A DNA stretch of 63,778 nucleotides, the filler included, from Circinaria calcarea (taxonomy: Eukaryota), in the NCBI GenBank assembly GCA_051942165.1. It is 28 parts of 28 records of this genome, joined end to end, with 100 filler letters (N's around TTAATTAATTAA, not from the genome) between each part and the next. Parts side by side here need not be neighbours in the genome. Positions count along the whole stretch, not along the records: positions 9,179 to 11,370 come from JAVECS010003786.1; positions 11,471 to 13,661 come from JAVECS010003787.1; positions 13,762 to 15,951 come from JAVECS010003788.1; positions 16,052 to 18,239 come from JAVECS010003789.1; positions 18,340 to 20,527 come from JAVECS010003790.1; positions 20,628 to 22,813 come from JAVECS010003791.1; positions 22,914 to 25,099 come from JAVECS010003792.1; 21 more parts are not named here. One strand, 5' to 3'. Position numbers and translations under genes: made by a program. Below, in pieces: positions 10,969 to 23,252 of the stretch (position 1 is the first letter of the stretch; each line of letters opens with the position of its first letter). Under the pieces are notes generated by a model that was given only the letters and a program-made list of their open reading frames with translations, was not told the origin of the DNA and ran no database searches.

Positions 10969-12657
10969 CAGCATGTTTCTTGGTATTCGGCCGGCATTAT
11001 AAATACTGCTATTTCATACATTACCAGGTACAGTATCAAAAAGTACAAACGTAGTACAACGAGGAATGGTTGTCCATTTGACGTTTCGCTCTAACGGCGA
11101 AAACGCATTCCTTGCTACAGCGTCGAGATAATTATCATTCAAACATGTGTCTGCAAAACTGCAGTTGGAATGTTGTCCAGCATAAACCTTTTGGCCCAAG
11201 TGCCATCATATCCTACCTAGTCCAGTTAATTCAGGCAATAATCTTTTTTACAAAAGCCTGATGGATAGAGAACAAGAATCACGATCCTTTGGACGTCTTC
11301 TAACCACTATGCTCTAGTTTACTCAACATTATCTACACTTGTTATGAAGTGTCAAAAAGCGCCCCGCGCCNNNNNNNNNNNNNNNNNNNNNNNNNNNNNN
11401 NNNNNNNNNNNNNNTTAATTAATTAANNNNNNNNNNNNNNNNNNNNNNNNNNNNNNNNNNNNNNNNNNNNGAAAAAGCTCGAAAAAGAACTTATGATGGT
11501 GATGATGACCAAGCAGAGTTTGATTCAGACTTGACGGAATTTCGTCTCTTTATACACCTTGCACGAAAACCTTAAACTTTTCCCAAACTTTATTTGCCCG
11601 CAGCATAAGCTATCGTGTACCTCGTTCCATTTGTGAGTGAAGACATATTCTTTCTATTATCAATATTATCTTTTCATGTGTTTCGAATCCTTCGACTTTC
11701 ACCTAGAATTCATTCAATTTTTGCGCGGAAAAGCCTCTTAACGAGTTGACTCTCGTCCGCCAAAAGCAGCGATTTGAAAATATTAGATCATATATACAAT
11801 TCCCTTAAATCAAGCAATTCACATTCTACAGAAATGCAAAATACGTTTCGGGTCCAATCAGCAATTAAAATTAGTAATAGAGCGTACCAATAAGTTGATT
11901 TTAAAACTGCAAGTAACTCCAACGTAATCATCATACTGTCGACCATAAAGCTACAAAGAACGAGAGGAGAATATGCTTAACCTGTAGGATCCAATTATGC
12001 CGTATTAAAAGAAACAGATTTAGCTCCTGAATAGTTCTAGTCAAATCTGGACGAAACGGCATTGGCAATTAAAAGCAAGGTGTAAAAGCATAAATAGGAC
12101 AAGGTTAGGGTAATCCTGCACAACCTGTGGCCCTTCCAACTCTTACCAGTCGAGAAGTGGTTTGCCATTGGCTGAGTTCTGAGATTGTGTGCTGCAGGGC
12201 GACCTAACAATAGATCTAAAGAATACTGCGAAGCTAGCAGCCTTCATGACCAGCAGAGTCTAGCAAGGTTATATAATAAGAGGAATTCGATGCGAATGAA
12301 CGTGTACAGTAATCCATAGGACTTGCGTAATGCAAACTCCATGTAATATGGATACTCGGCTCCTTTATGTCACCGTAGCGAGAGGTTAGAGAGGAGATTT
12401 GAGGTAAGCTTGTGAATTGGTGTGGAAGGAGAGTCCATTTAAGGGTCTGAATTTGCCCACGCTAACCATTCTGTGTCCCTGTGTAAGGGCGCTGCAATCC
12501 TTGGGGCTTATTGAGGAATATGATAAGTCCCGATTGGTAATAGCACGGTTATATAGGGTGTAGTTGAACTGTTACCCTAGGCTCAATATAAAAGGAGTAT
12601 ATTAAACTCGTTATGGTTCTATAAGCATGCTATTCTAAAGAGCGGGAATAACCTACT

Positions 12658-12817
12658 TGTTGGAAGCTATAGGGCTTACCGAAGCATGTGTTGCATAGAA
12701 GGTCTATGCTCAACACTCTATACGCTATATAAAAGCACTTTTTCGCTGCATAGATAGCTTAGTTAGTTATATACACTCAGATAGTATGAATGCTACCATA
12801 CATTTCGCTACTCAACA
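12658..12817 (+). mobile_element. Solo LTR (160 bp), RIP-like mutated copy
   Basis: TGTTGG...TCAACA termini; flanks CTACT/CTGCT (4/5 match, TSD-like); homologous to the reverse complement of 14099-14258. Confidence 0.75.
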
Positions 12818-14098
12818 CTGCTATATATAAGTTCATGCTCACCTGTGCTCATCCCATGAGCATACTGAGCAGCCGGTTATGTGGTTTACCCATTCCCGGG
12901 GCTAGTCATTTCCTGGCCTAGTACATGTCATGGTGCTGGCGCCATAACACCCTTGTCTAACATTCTCGACTGAGGTATTAGCCTTTTGCTCCCGCAGTAT
13001 TCTCTTTTCAATTGTAGATCTGTTGGGTCAACGCGGCTTGGAAGGATCGACTATGCGCGATGGTTGGAGCACTGGAATCGGATCACCCATGCTGCAGTAA
13101 GGCGGTAAAGAGGTATGTATAGGATTGGTACTGTGGCCGAGTTCCGGTAACACAGCATGGCACGCATCCTTCGACAGTACGGGTGACTAAGCCTTTTGGA
13201 TCGGATTAATCATCAGAGTGCACATGGAGGGGAAGTGCTGACTGTTGAGTTCTGGTTTAGTCAGCGGCCGAGGGAACGGACTTAACCACGAATTCTCCGA
13301 CGGTTGGCCGGGCCCACCATTGATACTCGCCGAGGATCATCGCTGCCGATGGTCCAGCCCGAACGACGACTGTTGGACCAAAGGCATGTTGAAGCACGGC
13401 CTCTATCATCGGATGGAGTCCGATACACTGCTTACATGTACCTCGGCTTCCCTCCGTCATATGCATGTATCTTCGCAGTCCGGAGTCCGGAGTCGCGTGC
13501 TCCGTAGTAACGAATAATGAAATGCATAAGGATTATGCAAGTACCCTCGATTGATTTGATCTCGGCACCGGGTGTCTGCCACCCTTATTCTCTTATGTTC
13601 CATACAGTCGCGGCAGTCATGGTCGCACAAAGGAAAGCAGGGCAACCTCCGTACTCCGTAANNNNNNNNNNNNNNNNNNNNNNNNNNNNNNNNNNNNNNN
13701 NNNNNTTAATTAATTAANNNNNNNNNNNNNNNNNNNNNNNNNNNNNNNNNNNNNNNNNNNNCCATTACCCCCTTTTCGCTTCTTCTCCTCCTTCATTACC
13801 AGCCCCTCGCATTTGAACCACAAATCCCCACAGCACAGCTGGATAGATCGATAGATGGATGACCATCTCACGTTCATTTTCCCCAGCTCCCAAATTCCTC
13901 CAGCCCCTTTTTTCCCCCCTTTCCCACGGCTAATTCCCCTACAACGCATAAATTGAAACAAAATAAAGTATTCCGCATACTTTATAAGGTACTTGGGAGC
14001 CTGGGGGGGGAGTGAAGGGATAGAGAGGAAGTATGATAGATGGAAACCTCAAATTCATATAAGAAACAGCAGGGACGGGGGTATAAAAACGAACGAGA

Positions 14099-14258
14099 TG
14101 TTGAGCATGCAGTAATGTATGGTGGCATTCATGCTATCTGAGTGTGTAACTTCCTAAGCTATCTACGCAGAGAAAAGTTCTTTTTATGGTGTGTAGGAAG
14201 TGTTGAGCATGGACCTCCTATGCAACACATGCTTCGGTAAGCCCTATGACTTCCAACA
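14099..14258 (-). mobile_element. Second copy of the same 160-bp LTR family
   Basis: The reverse complement reads TGTTGGAAGTCATAGGGCTTACCGAAGCATGTGTTGCATAG...CTCAACA and aligns end to end with 12658-12817; no matching TSD. Confidence 0.72.
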
Positions 14259-14385
14259 GCAGCATATCATAGAGCATAGCTCGCAGCATAGCATAGCTCG
14301 CAGCATAGCATAGCTCACAGCATAGCAATAGCACGCAGTATGGCATAAAACTGCAGTATAGCATAAAGCTATTAGCATAAAATTA
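14259..14385. repeat. Degenerate GCATA-based tandem repeat (unit about GCATAGCTCGCAGCATA)
   Basis: About 3 near-perfect 17-mers, then decaying GCATA/GTATA units directly abutting the LTR end. Confidence 0.7.
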
Positions 14386-17139
14386 TATTACGCTAAACCT
14401 AATAAGCCTAAGCAGGTTAGATAAGCTAAGCCCATTCGAGCGAAAAACCAGGCTTAATAAGGTAAAAAGCTAGGCTTAGTCGAGCGAAAAACTAAACCCT
14501 CTCAGGCCAATTTTTAGGCTAGAGAGAACACCGCAAAATTTTGATTCGGTTCGGAAAATCTTCCGCCGAAGTTAAACCCTTCCATAGCACAGCACCGATT
14601 CACCGTGACAAGCAATGGCGTCACAGTCCCATCATTGCCATGGGCAAGTGAATTCACATATCCAATCAATCTTCTCTCTCTCCCTTCACCTATCTCTACC
14701 TACTCTCCACCCTCACGACTTCCCTATCAGCGTTACATAGAACATCTTACAGGCTTCTAACCTCCAGCTCCATCCCAAACCAGCACCAAATCACAGCATG
14801 TACCGCAAAACCGAAGATCCCCAAACTGTCGACTCCCCCCGCGCAGACACCGAATGGAAGGCCGACCCCGCCATTGGGGAACTCTCCTACGGCCTCGACG
14901 GTCCTGTAAGCCTAAGCCTGCCCTCACTTCATTCCTTTCCCCCCCCCCCCCGAGTCCCTGAGGCCAGAACCGCTTAAAAACTAACGAATCGTAATGCAAT
15001 CCAAAGGCGTCGGAAGTCGACCGCTCGCATAAAGCAGCGGCACCTCCGGATGTGGACTTTTCCAAGGAAGGCATTGTGAGTGGGGGTGGGGAGGACATTC
15101 GGCAGAAGGAAGGTTGGACGGGGAGTGGAAAGGGGCCTTTAGATCCGGAGGCCCCCAAAAAGAAGGAGGGGTTATGAGTGATTAGTTTTTTATGGGGTGG
15201 GGAAGAGGCAGAGGGGGGTAGAGGTTAAAAGTACGGACTGAGGAACTGAGGGGCAGAGAGGGGGAATGATGAGTGAAGTTAAAAGCTTTAATAGTCGCTG
15301 TGCTCTGCTTGATATAGTCAGCTAGTGCATGAACCTCCGACGAGGTCAGCATACTATCTGCATCCTCTCTCCTCCACTCACTCTTTCCCTCTTATCCTTT
15401 TTCTTCTTCTCCCCAAAAAATAGAAACGGGCATCTTACGTCCCATTCCGTTTCATACAGCTATCCACAACCAGTAACCGCATAAAGCCCCAAGTTTATTT
15501 CCCCAACTCCTCTCTGTCCCTTTCGCCTCCTCGCCCCCCAACTCCCTCATCTCCTTCCCAGCCCCAAGCCCACACCTTACCGTCCTCCAACTAAACCATA
15601 CAAACTAACCCAAACCCATCTCCCCTCCCTCTCCTTCCCTCAACTATTAGCTCCCCTGCCGTAAGCTCAGCAAAGTCGCCGCCATTCTCTCATTATACCG
15701 ATCCCGATCCCGATCCCGATCATCTTAGACCAACCCACCTCTAGTAAATCGGACCGGGATAAAAGGAGTAGATAGAAGAAATAGAAGGGTGGGGTGGAAG
15801 CGTGAAGGGAGGAGAGTACGAAAAGAAGAAAAAAAAGGGTGGTGTGATTATACTTTCTTCACATTCCTACCCGCTAACCAACCTATCCCTTCCGCACCAC
15901 AAACCAACCCGCCCCTTTTTTTTTCTTCTCCTCCCTCTCCTCTCCTTCCCCNNNNNNNNNNNNNNNNNNNNNNNNNNNNNNNNNNNNNNNNNNNNTTAAT
16001 TAATTAANNNNNNNNNNNNNNNNNNNNNNNNNNNNNNNNNNNNNNNNNNNNCAAATAGCACGCACTCCTTCCCATGCCTCTGGAAACGCGCAACATCCTT
16101 CATTTCACGGTTGATACATTGGCTGAATTCCGGAACCCCATGCTGCGCTGATATGCATTACCTGTATACAAGAATCTGGAGACTTTTACACACAGCGGTT
16201 CGCTCTATCAAACCAGGATATACACTTATCACCACTATTTCCCGATTCAGCTTCATGGTATGGCCATTCTTTCTACCACTGATTCACCTTTACCGTCGGA
16301 ACATTCCTCGTACGACCGGACTTTCTTCTACACTCAGCGGATCCGACCTGCACTTCCCCAACATGGCTCTGGAGTATCAGGAACCCCCTGACCCACTCAA
16401 CTCAAGGTGGGAATTGTGTGCGCCGGGTCTCCGATTCCCGTCAGCGCAGACCCTCGCTTCACGACCGAATCGCTTTCGCCCTCCGTAGTTGGCTCTTGCA
16501 CGTCACATTGATGAGCTCTTTTTGTGACTTGCGACTGGGATTGGAGTAGAGGTTGGGATATGGTGAGCACTGAGGATTCCTGACGCGTTTTTGGGGCAGG
16601 GGCGTCTGGAGGAGCTACGGGAAGGGAGGTGCTTCATCTGGGGTGTACAGGTTCTTTCTATCGTGTCTGTTGCCTTAGCCCGGCGGGTCTGATAGAAGAT
16701 CAGCCTTGGCGATTGATCTCGCTGGACCTGTGGTCCGTTGCCGCCACGAAAAGGCCAGTCGATGTTCTTGTACGTTTATCGCCATGCTTCGCTGTTTTCG
16801 AGCGCATTAACCGAAAAGGAGCAATGGAAAGTTTAGCCTCGACCACCGGCTACGTCGTACCGTATGCTTCGCAATAGCGCTTGCATTTGCATAAGTTAGC
16901 GACCTTAGATACGATGTGAAGTATGCCGAGTGTCTCGGGACGGAATGCACGTGGTCTCGTGGCCCATGCCCGCCACCACATTCCAAAAGTGAAAGTCAAA
17001 GTCCCAAAAGAATCGATGGATTTCTTCTATAACATGTCCCATCCTTCACCACTTCCCTCCTACCTTGGCTTCTTCTCTTGTGCCATATTTCCGTCTATAC
17101 CTTTGAAGGTGTTTCGCTTTGCAGCAAGTCCTCGAACTA

Positions 17140-18239
17140 TGCTGCTTTTTTTCCCTCTAGTGCTCCTTAACCGGATGACAGACGCTGTCCAGTTCCACCC
17201 CAATGCTGCTCTCTTCCCACGCATTGCCGAATCGGATGTTCCGCCATTCCCGTCACGTGGACGTTGTTCGATAGCGAGGCCCGTCGTGAATGAGACAGAG
17301 GTGAGCGTCATGGTCACTCGGCGTCGATTCACCGGCAAACAGGGACTGATAATGTAGATATTCCTTGACGCTTGTTACCAGAACCCTCGACGTGATATTC
17401 AAGCATGCTTCAGTCGACTGCGAGTGTCCAACAGTGGACTTTGGATCCAGCGGAAGAATAGCTAATTAGATGCAGCCTTGTGTACGCCAACACGTCGGCT
17501 ACAGCAACATGTCAATACTACTACACCCAGTACACCGGCTGTCTGAATGACAACGATAACAACCAAACCAAGTGTAACGACGCCGCCTTGGGCTATCTGG
17601 ACTGCTCCAACCTCACGTGAGCATACCTCCCCCATCCTTTTTGCCATAGACTCAGTTGACAATTCTCCAGCCTCCAAGCTTACGCCTACTGTGGCTGCTA
17701 CTTTTCCATGCCCGACAACATCGCTGACTGTGCAGACGCCCAGCTCAACATTGTCGGACAGACCTACGACAATCGTACTACCACCCGCCCCTCCATTTAC
17801 CCAACATACACCTCCACCCTCAGTGGCCCAATTGGCCCTCCCATCACAGTTCCTTTCTTTACAGGAACTTCTCCCGCGTTCTCTACCTCTCCTCGTTACG
17901 GCAATTCATCTCGTACGAGTAACTACATGCCTACCTTCTCAGCCCCGCCTCCATCACACACACGCGGTACGCACACAAGTAGCTCGACGTACACCCCTGT
18001 TTTCTTGCCTCCAACCCCTACCCCGAGTACCCAGCAGAGTACCTCAACGTCTATATCTCTGTATCTTACCACCCTCACGTACACAACCACGAAGAGCCAT
18101 ACGGCGTATCCGGTCACCACCACCGTACTCGTCTCCACAACATTGTATTTTTGCTCCGGCGGCTGTACGGGAACAGATCCCGTTGCTACTCCTCTACCCG
18201 TCACCACTCCGGCAGAGCGGCAGAAACAGCAGCAGGTCA
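17140..18239 (+). CDS. Putative secreted Cys-rich, Ser/Thr-rich protein, multi-exon, 3' truncated (5' structure uncertain)
   Basis: Exon TATCQYYYTQYTGCLNDNDNNQTKCNDAALGYLDCSNLT is spliced (GTGAGC..CAG) to the long S/T/P-rich ORF 17708 onward. A hydrophobic N-terminus lies upstream but its phase is not resolved. Confidence 0.55.
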
Positions 18240-18339
18240 NNNNNNNNNNNNNNNNNNNNNNNNNNNNNNNNNNNNNNNNNNNNTTAATTAATTAANNNNN
18301 NNNNNNNNNNNNNNNNNNNNNNNNNNNNNNNNNNNNNNN

Positions 18340-18481
18340 ATTCGAGGGGTTGGTAGTGGATCGTTGCTGTGTGGGTGGTGGGGGTGTTGTTTTCTGCGGA
18401 GGGTAGAGAGGTGGTGAGGGGGAGAATGAGGGCGCTGACAAAGAGAGCAGCAAGAGAATGAGGGGAAAGGAGAGGTTGCAT
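18340..18481 (-). CDS. N-terminus of a signal-peptide protein
   Basis: MQPLLSPHSLAALFVSALILPLTTSLP... open to the contig edge. Confidence 0.45.
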
Positions 18482-19850
18482 TGTGAGTATTTGAGTTGTG
18501 TATGTACTCGTTTGCAAGAGCTACAGAGAGAGCCCGTGAGAGCTTCGAGAATAAGTGCAGGTGGCTCTGAAGAGGAAGGTTTAGCGAGTGCAATGTATTT
18601 TACCGTAAACTTCATTTACAGAGTAAGCAGCAAAACAGTTTGACAATCGTAAAGTGTTTTGGAGAGACCATAAAAACAACTCTACCGCTACGTCGAAATA
18701 ATATGATCGAGGAGCATAAGCTGCGGGACCTCATTGTCTAGAAGGACTTCGATCAGGGCGTGTCATCAGTCAGGACTCTGTATACCCCAAACTCTTGGTT
18801 GATGGTGTTCATCATCTATACGATGCTCTTTAGAAAGTACTAATCTATCTAGAGTCGGTATAGGTGTAATTTGGTAGATTATACGTTATAGGAGATGTGA
18901 ACTGAGACTCGAGAGTTGCGTACCACTCGTCTCTTCGGAGAGTCTCGACATACGAGTGCAACCCACGAGGGTCATACGCACTCCGAGGAATCTTCTCACC
19001 AAAAGCATTGCTATCAATGTCCGCCTTCGGAGAAAAGCAGACTAGGAATGGAGACCGAAAGTTACGATGACGGATCATTGATACACAGGATCCGACGGAT
19101 CTTTACTATGTACGGGGCACCACAGTACCGAAACAGTCTTGATCTGTCAAATCATAGAGCTTTTCATCAACACGCCTTTACCGTTGCACCAGCACCGAGG
19201 AAGAGGAACGCGCAATCATGATTTCTATTCTTTTGCATACACGCTATTCGCTACTAGGCCGCATTACCAAGGTACCGTAGATTGGACGGAGCCGAGCGAT
19301 CCGGGACGAACGAGAGGCTCCGGCATGGATGTCGTCACTTCTCCTGCGTTCTTCATATTAACAAAAGCCGACGTCACCCACTCGGAATGTCAAGGTAGGG
19401 ACTGCACTGGGATGTGAGGACAAATTACTACCTTAAATCTGAGATTCCCGTCTTAAGCTTCGCACCATCCTTGAGCTAAAGATCTCCACAGTGCTTATCC
19501 ACGCCTAAAATTGCTACATCGCCGTCTATCATGGCTGACATGGATTAGTTTGCGTCACGTTCTCTCCGATCTTCTAGCTGGGGGCAAGCTCCCGGTGTTT
19601 ATGGATTGCTTTCGTAATCAGTCTTAAACCTTCTAGACTTTTCACTTTCGCCATGGGAGTCACCGAATCTGGCAGTGATGAGGTCAACTTTCCTAGCCGT
19701 TTTGTGGCTTTGTCCCTGCATTCCACTGGGTCGTACATGACATCGTGGATCGGGCAATTAAGTTCTTCTGTTCCGATGTCGCCCATATAAGATTGACTCT
19801 CTACCTCTCTTTAATACTTCTCACGTTTTTGGTCTATCAAACATTTCAAT

Positions 19851-20527
19851 ATGGTTGCTGGATTTGCTTTCTCCGCCATCTTGGCTTTGGCACCAGTTGC
19901 CATTGCGGCACCTGCCCCCCAGGCTGATTATTTCAGTGCGCCTGCCACTTACGAACCAGCACCTGTCCCGCCACCACCCGTGGTTAGCAGTCAAGTTACT
20001 GGCACGACCACCCATGGACCCTTCAGTGGAGTCCCAACCACAACCGGAGCTCTCTCGACAATAGTGTTGGCTGCTTCGATCCCAGCATTGCCGCCCAACC
20101 CTACCGCCACTACGTACCCAAGCGATGGCGAGCTTCACGCTCCTCAGCCTGCACCGTATACCCCGGCCGGTGGATTAGGTACCAACGGCACTGAACCGGT
20201 GTATAACATGAGGAGTGACTTCGATTATGAGTCGATTGTAAGTATGCCGAATGGGATTTGATGAACCATACTCACTCAATGTAGGCTCTAGGTTTATACC
20301 AGGAATGGATTGAGTTAGACCTGTTCCACAATGGTCTAGCTACATTCTCTGTCGAGGAGTTTGAGGAGGCTGGTCTGACTGCTACTGACCGTTTTCTTAT
20401 TCAGTTCATGGCAGATCAGGAAGTGGGTCACGCGACTCTTCTCACCAATATGCTCGGAGCTCAAGCGCCAGTCCAATGTACCTACAACTATCCTTTCACC
20501 ACTGTCCGAGAGTTTGTCGACTTCTGC
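19851..20527 (+). CDS. Rds1-like secreted ferritin-like stress protein, 3' truncated
   Basis: Signal peptide, Pro/Thr-rich linker, SDFDYESI, intron 20238-20284, then ALGLYQEWIELDLFH...QEVGHATLLTNML...CTYNYPF. Confidence 0.85.
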
Positions 20528-20627
20528 NNNNNNNNNNNNNNNNNNNNNNNNNNNNNNNNNNNNNNNNNNNNTTAATTAATTAANNNNNNNNNNNNNNNNN
20601 NNNNNNNNNNNNNNNNNNNNNNNNNNN

Positions 20628-21120
20628 GAGGAAAGGAGGTGGGTGCTTACTTTTGATGGACATTGGTGGGATGCCGCCGCAGGCTTTGAGGATTCCTCCT
20701 AGGAGGACCGGGACGTAGGTTACTTCGCATTGGGCGAAGGTCGGGGAGGTCTGGGAGGAGGAAGTAAGGACGGAGGTGTTAGTTCGGGGCGGGGCGGCGG
20801 GGTCTGGTGTGAGAGAAGGGAGGGGAATGAGAAGGAGAAGTGGAAGAGAGTCGGGATGCGAAAACTTATTGGAGTAGAAGGGAGACGACGGTACAATGGA
20901 GGTGTAGAGTTACACAATAGCAAACGGTGAAATACAACGGTGAGGAAATCTCTACACAATGAATCTCGGGCCATGACCAGAACGTATGAGGTCTGACTTG
21001 GAAATGACACACCTCGAAGGGTATATAGAAAAGGAATTGACTTACGTTGATGACATAAAAGGCGAAATATGTAAACACACTCACGACGTCCACGTACAGG
21101 ATGAGTTTGGGTTTTGCCAT
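20628..21120 (-). CDS. Glutathione S-transferase kappa / HCCA isomerase (DsbA-like), 5' part
   Basis: MAKPKLILYVDVVSVFTYFAF, a roughly 300-nt intron, then TSPTFAQCEVTYVPVLLGGILKACGGIPPMSIK followed by a GTAAGC donor. Confidence 0.82.
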
Positions 21121-22461
21121 GTTGAACAGAGGTGTAGCAGTTTGGACGCTGGCGACAGTAGTAATGGAGGAGTTCAGTGCATTTACGGAGGGTGGAGATT
21201 TTACAACTATTCACATCGGGGAAATCATCACGAGGGGTGTTTAGTAGCACAGTGGTGAATGAGAATTCCATGATTACTGATCATTATAGATATGATGGAG
21301 ATCCCTGTTCTTCCAAGTCGTTTACGACAGGAACAAGCTAGCGAATGTTGTCTCTATATACTTATGGTTACCAGAGGCGAGATAAATAGCGCTTTGTACT
21401 TATTTGTTCTCTCATTCCCGCAGACACTGACCCTGTTCCGTACTAAGAGTAATGCCTGCTTCGGCTTAATGGGTATGAATCATAGAGAAAGACCGCTGCT
21501 ATTCCTTCCGTATTTTGTATGGCGTGGAACAAAGATATACTCTAGTGGTAATGTTTGATGAAGGATGAAGAGATTAAGATCATGATGCACTAACGTAAGA
21601 GATAAACGCGAATTATGTAGTCAAACTTTAGACATAAACAAGATCCAATGCCCGTCCAAGTGTTAATAAAAGGGCACCTGCAGATGTCTGCGTGTCAAAT
21701 TAAGAGTAACCTTGCGCCGAGAGAAACAAACTCACCGGAGAAATTTACAGCCCAAAGCAGACAAAAGAAGTGCTATCCACACACGTTTGTTCCCGTAGTG
21801 ACTATGTCAATAACATCTTCATCTGCTTTGCTGTTTTTCCTACCCTGTTATTCCTCAATGCTGACACATTGGTAACTCGTTTTCGGACAGTGAAAGTATG
21901 GCTAACAGACTAAAGCCGGTTCTCAGAGGATAGGACGAAACTGCGTGTTCCATCACACTCCCTTGTGATCGCCATGTGATGCATGATTGAAGAAACAGCA
22001 AGTCATGCAGCCCTAAGGATTTAGGCCAACTATCATGCAGATAACAGGAGTGAGGCTGATGGGGATTAGAGGCTTCTTTTGGGAGCTCTATCCATTTTAG
22101 GGAGTCGTCTTATTTGACTTCAAGATTGCATGCTGCAGTGGCTGCTTCTTTGGGGCAAAGGTTGCATACACGTACAGAAATAGCTGCCGTTCCAATAGAA
22201 AGGAGTCGGGCCGATGCATCCGGATCGACATCCCTGACCATTTTCAAAAATATCCAAGATCACTCTGTCGTACGTATGCGACCCGGCCGGTCAGCATCTG
22301 AACCTACCTTCCATAAAGCCCACAAGTTGGCATACCTATAAGCTGGCTTGAGCTGTCAGTGACATGATCACCTTCTTGCACAGATAGTGACTGGCTCTTG
22401 TCAAAATCTTCTCATTGGCTTTTGTATTTCTATTGCTACAATATCCCGGCCATTGCACACC

Positions 22462-22813
22462 ATGACCTCTACAATCAGCAAGCGCAACCAGGCGCGGAAC
22501 GAAAGAGCATTACAAGATTTGATTAAGACAGTGCCCGGAAACGATCGATGTGCGGACTGCCAGGCCAGGAATCCAGGTACGCCTGTCGTCTGCACGTATT
22601 TACCTCCCTGCTGACCAAAGCCAATGGTAGGATGGGCAAGCTGGAGCGTGAGCCTCCTGATTCAACACCATGCGAAGAACCAGCAAGTGTCTGACAGTCA
22701 GTGTAGTTGGGAATCTTCCTTTGCATGCGATGCGCCGCACTTCACCGGAAGCTTGGTACACACATATCAAAGGTCAAGTCCTTGAGTATGGATTCTTGGT
22801 CCAACGAGCAAGT
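22462..22813 (+). CDS. ArfGAP-domain protein (Gts1-like), 5' part
   Basis: [13 protein letters not shown] / WASWS (17-nt exon 22631-22647) / [31 protein letters not shown]. Confidence 0.92.
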
Positions 22814-22937
22814 NNNNNNNNNNNNNNNNNNNNNNNNNNNNNNNNNNNNNNNNNNNNTTAATTAATTAANNNNNNNNNNNNNNNNNNNNNNNNNNNNNNN
22901 NNNNNNNNNNNNNGGGTTTTTAAATTCCCAATGCTTC

Positions 22938-23056
22938 TGGGCTTTGGGCATTGGGCATTGGGCATTGGGCATTGGGCATTGGGCATTGGGCATTGGGCAT
23001 TGGGCATTGGGCTTTGAGCTTTGGGCTTTGGGCATTGGGCTTTGAGCTTTGAGCTC
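22938..23056. repeat. (GGGCATT)n heptamer tandem repeat with GGGCTTT/GAGCTTT variants
   Basis: About 9 perfect GGGCATT units flanked by variant units, downstream of the PRMT5 stop. Confidence 0.9.
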
Positions 23057-23252
23057 TGGGAAAGGTAAATATCACAAGGCACGGGCAGATTGAAGATTTA
23101 AAATTGGAGGTTCAGGGGAGAGAAGGAGAAAGCGCAAGGGGATTAGATTCTAACACCGGATCAAACTCCTCCCTAAACTGCCCCTTGCCCACCCCCTTCC
23201 CTTTTCCTACCTTACCTACCCTTTTTCACTAAAAAGAAACAACAGACAAACT

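Noticed and set aside
11678..11692. tRNA T-loop-like GTTTCGAATCC
   Set aside because: No cloverleaf stems or A-box around it.
22938..23056. Telomeric repeat or the MPNAQCP ORF
   Set aside because: The unit is not TTAGGG and sits in a gene's 3' flank; the ORF is a by-product of the heptamer repeat.
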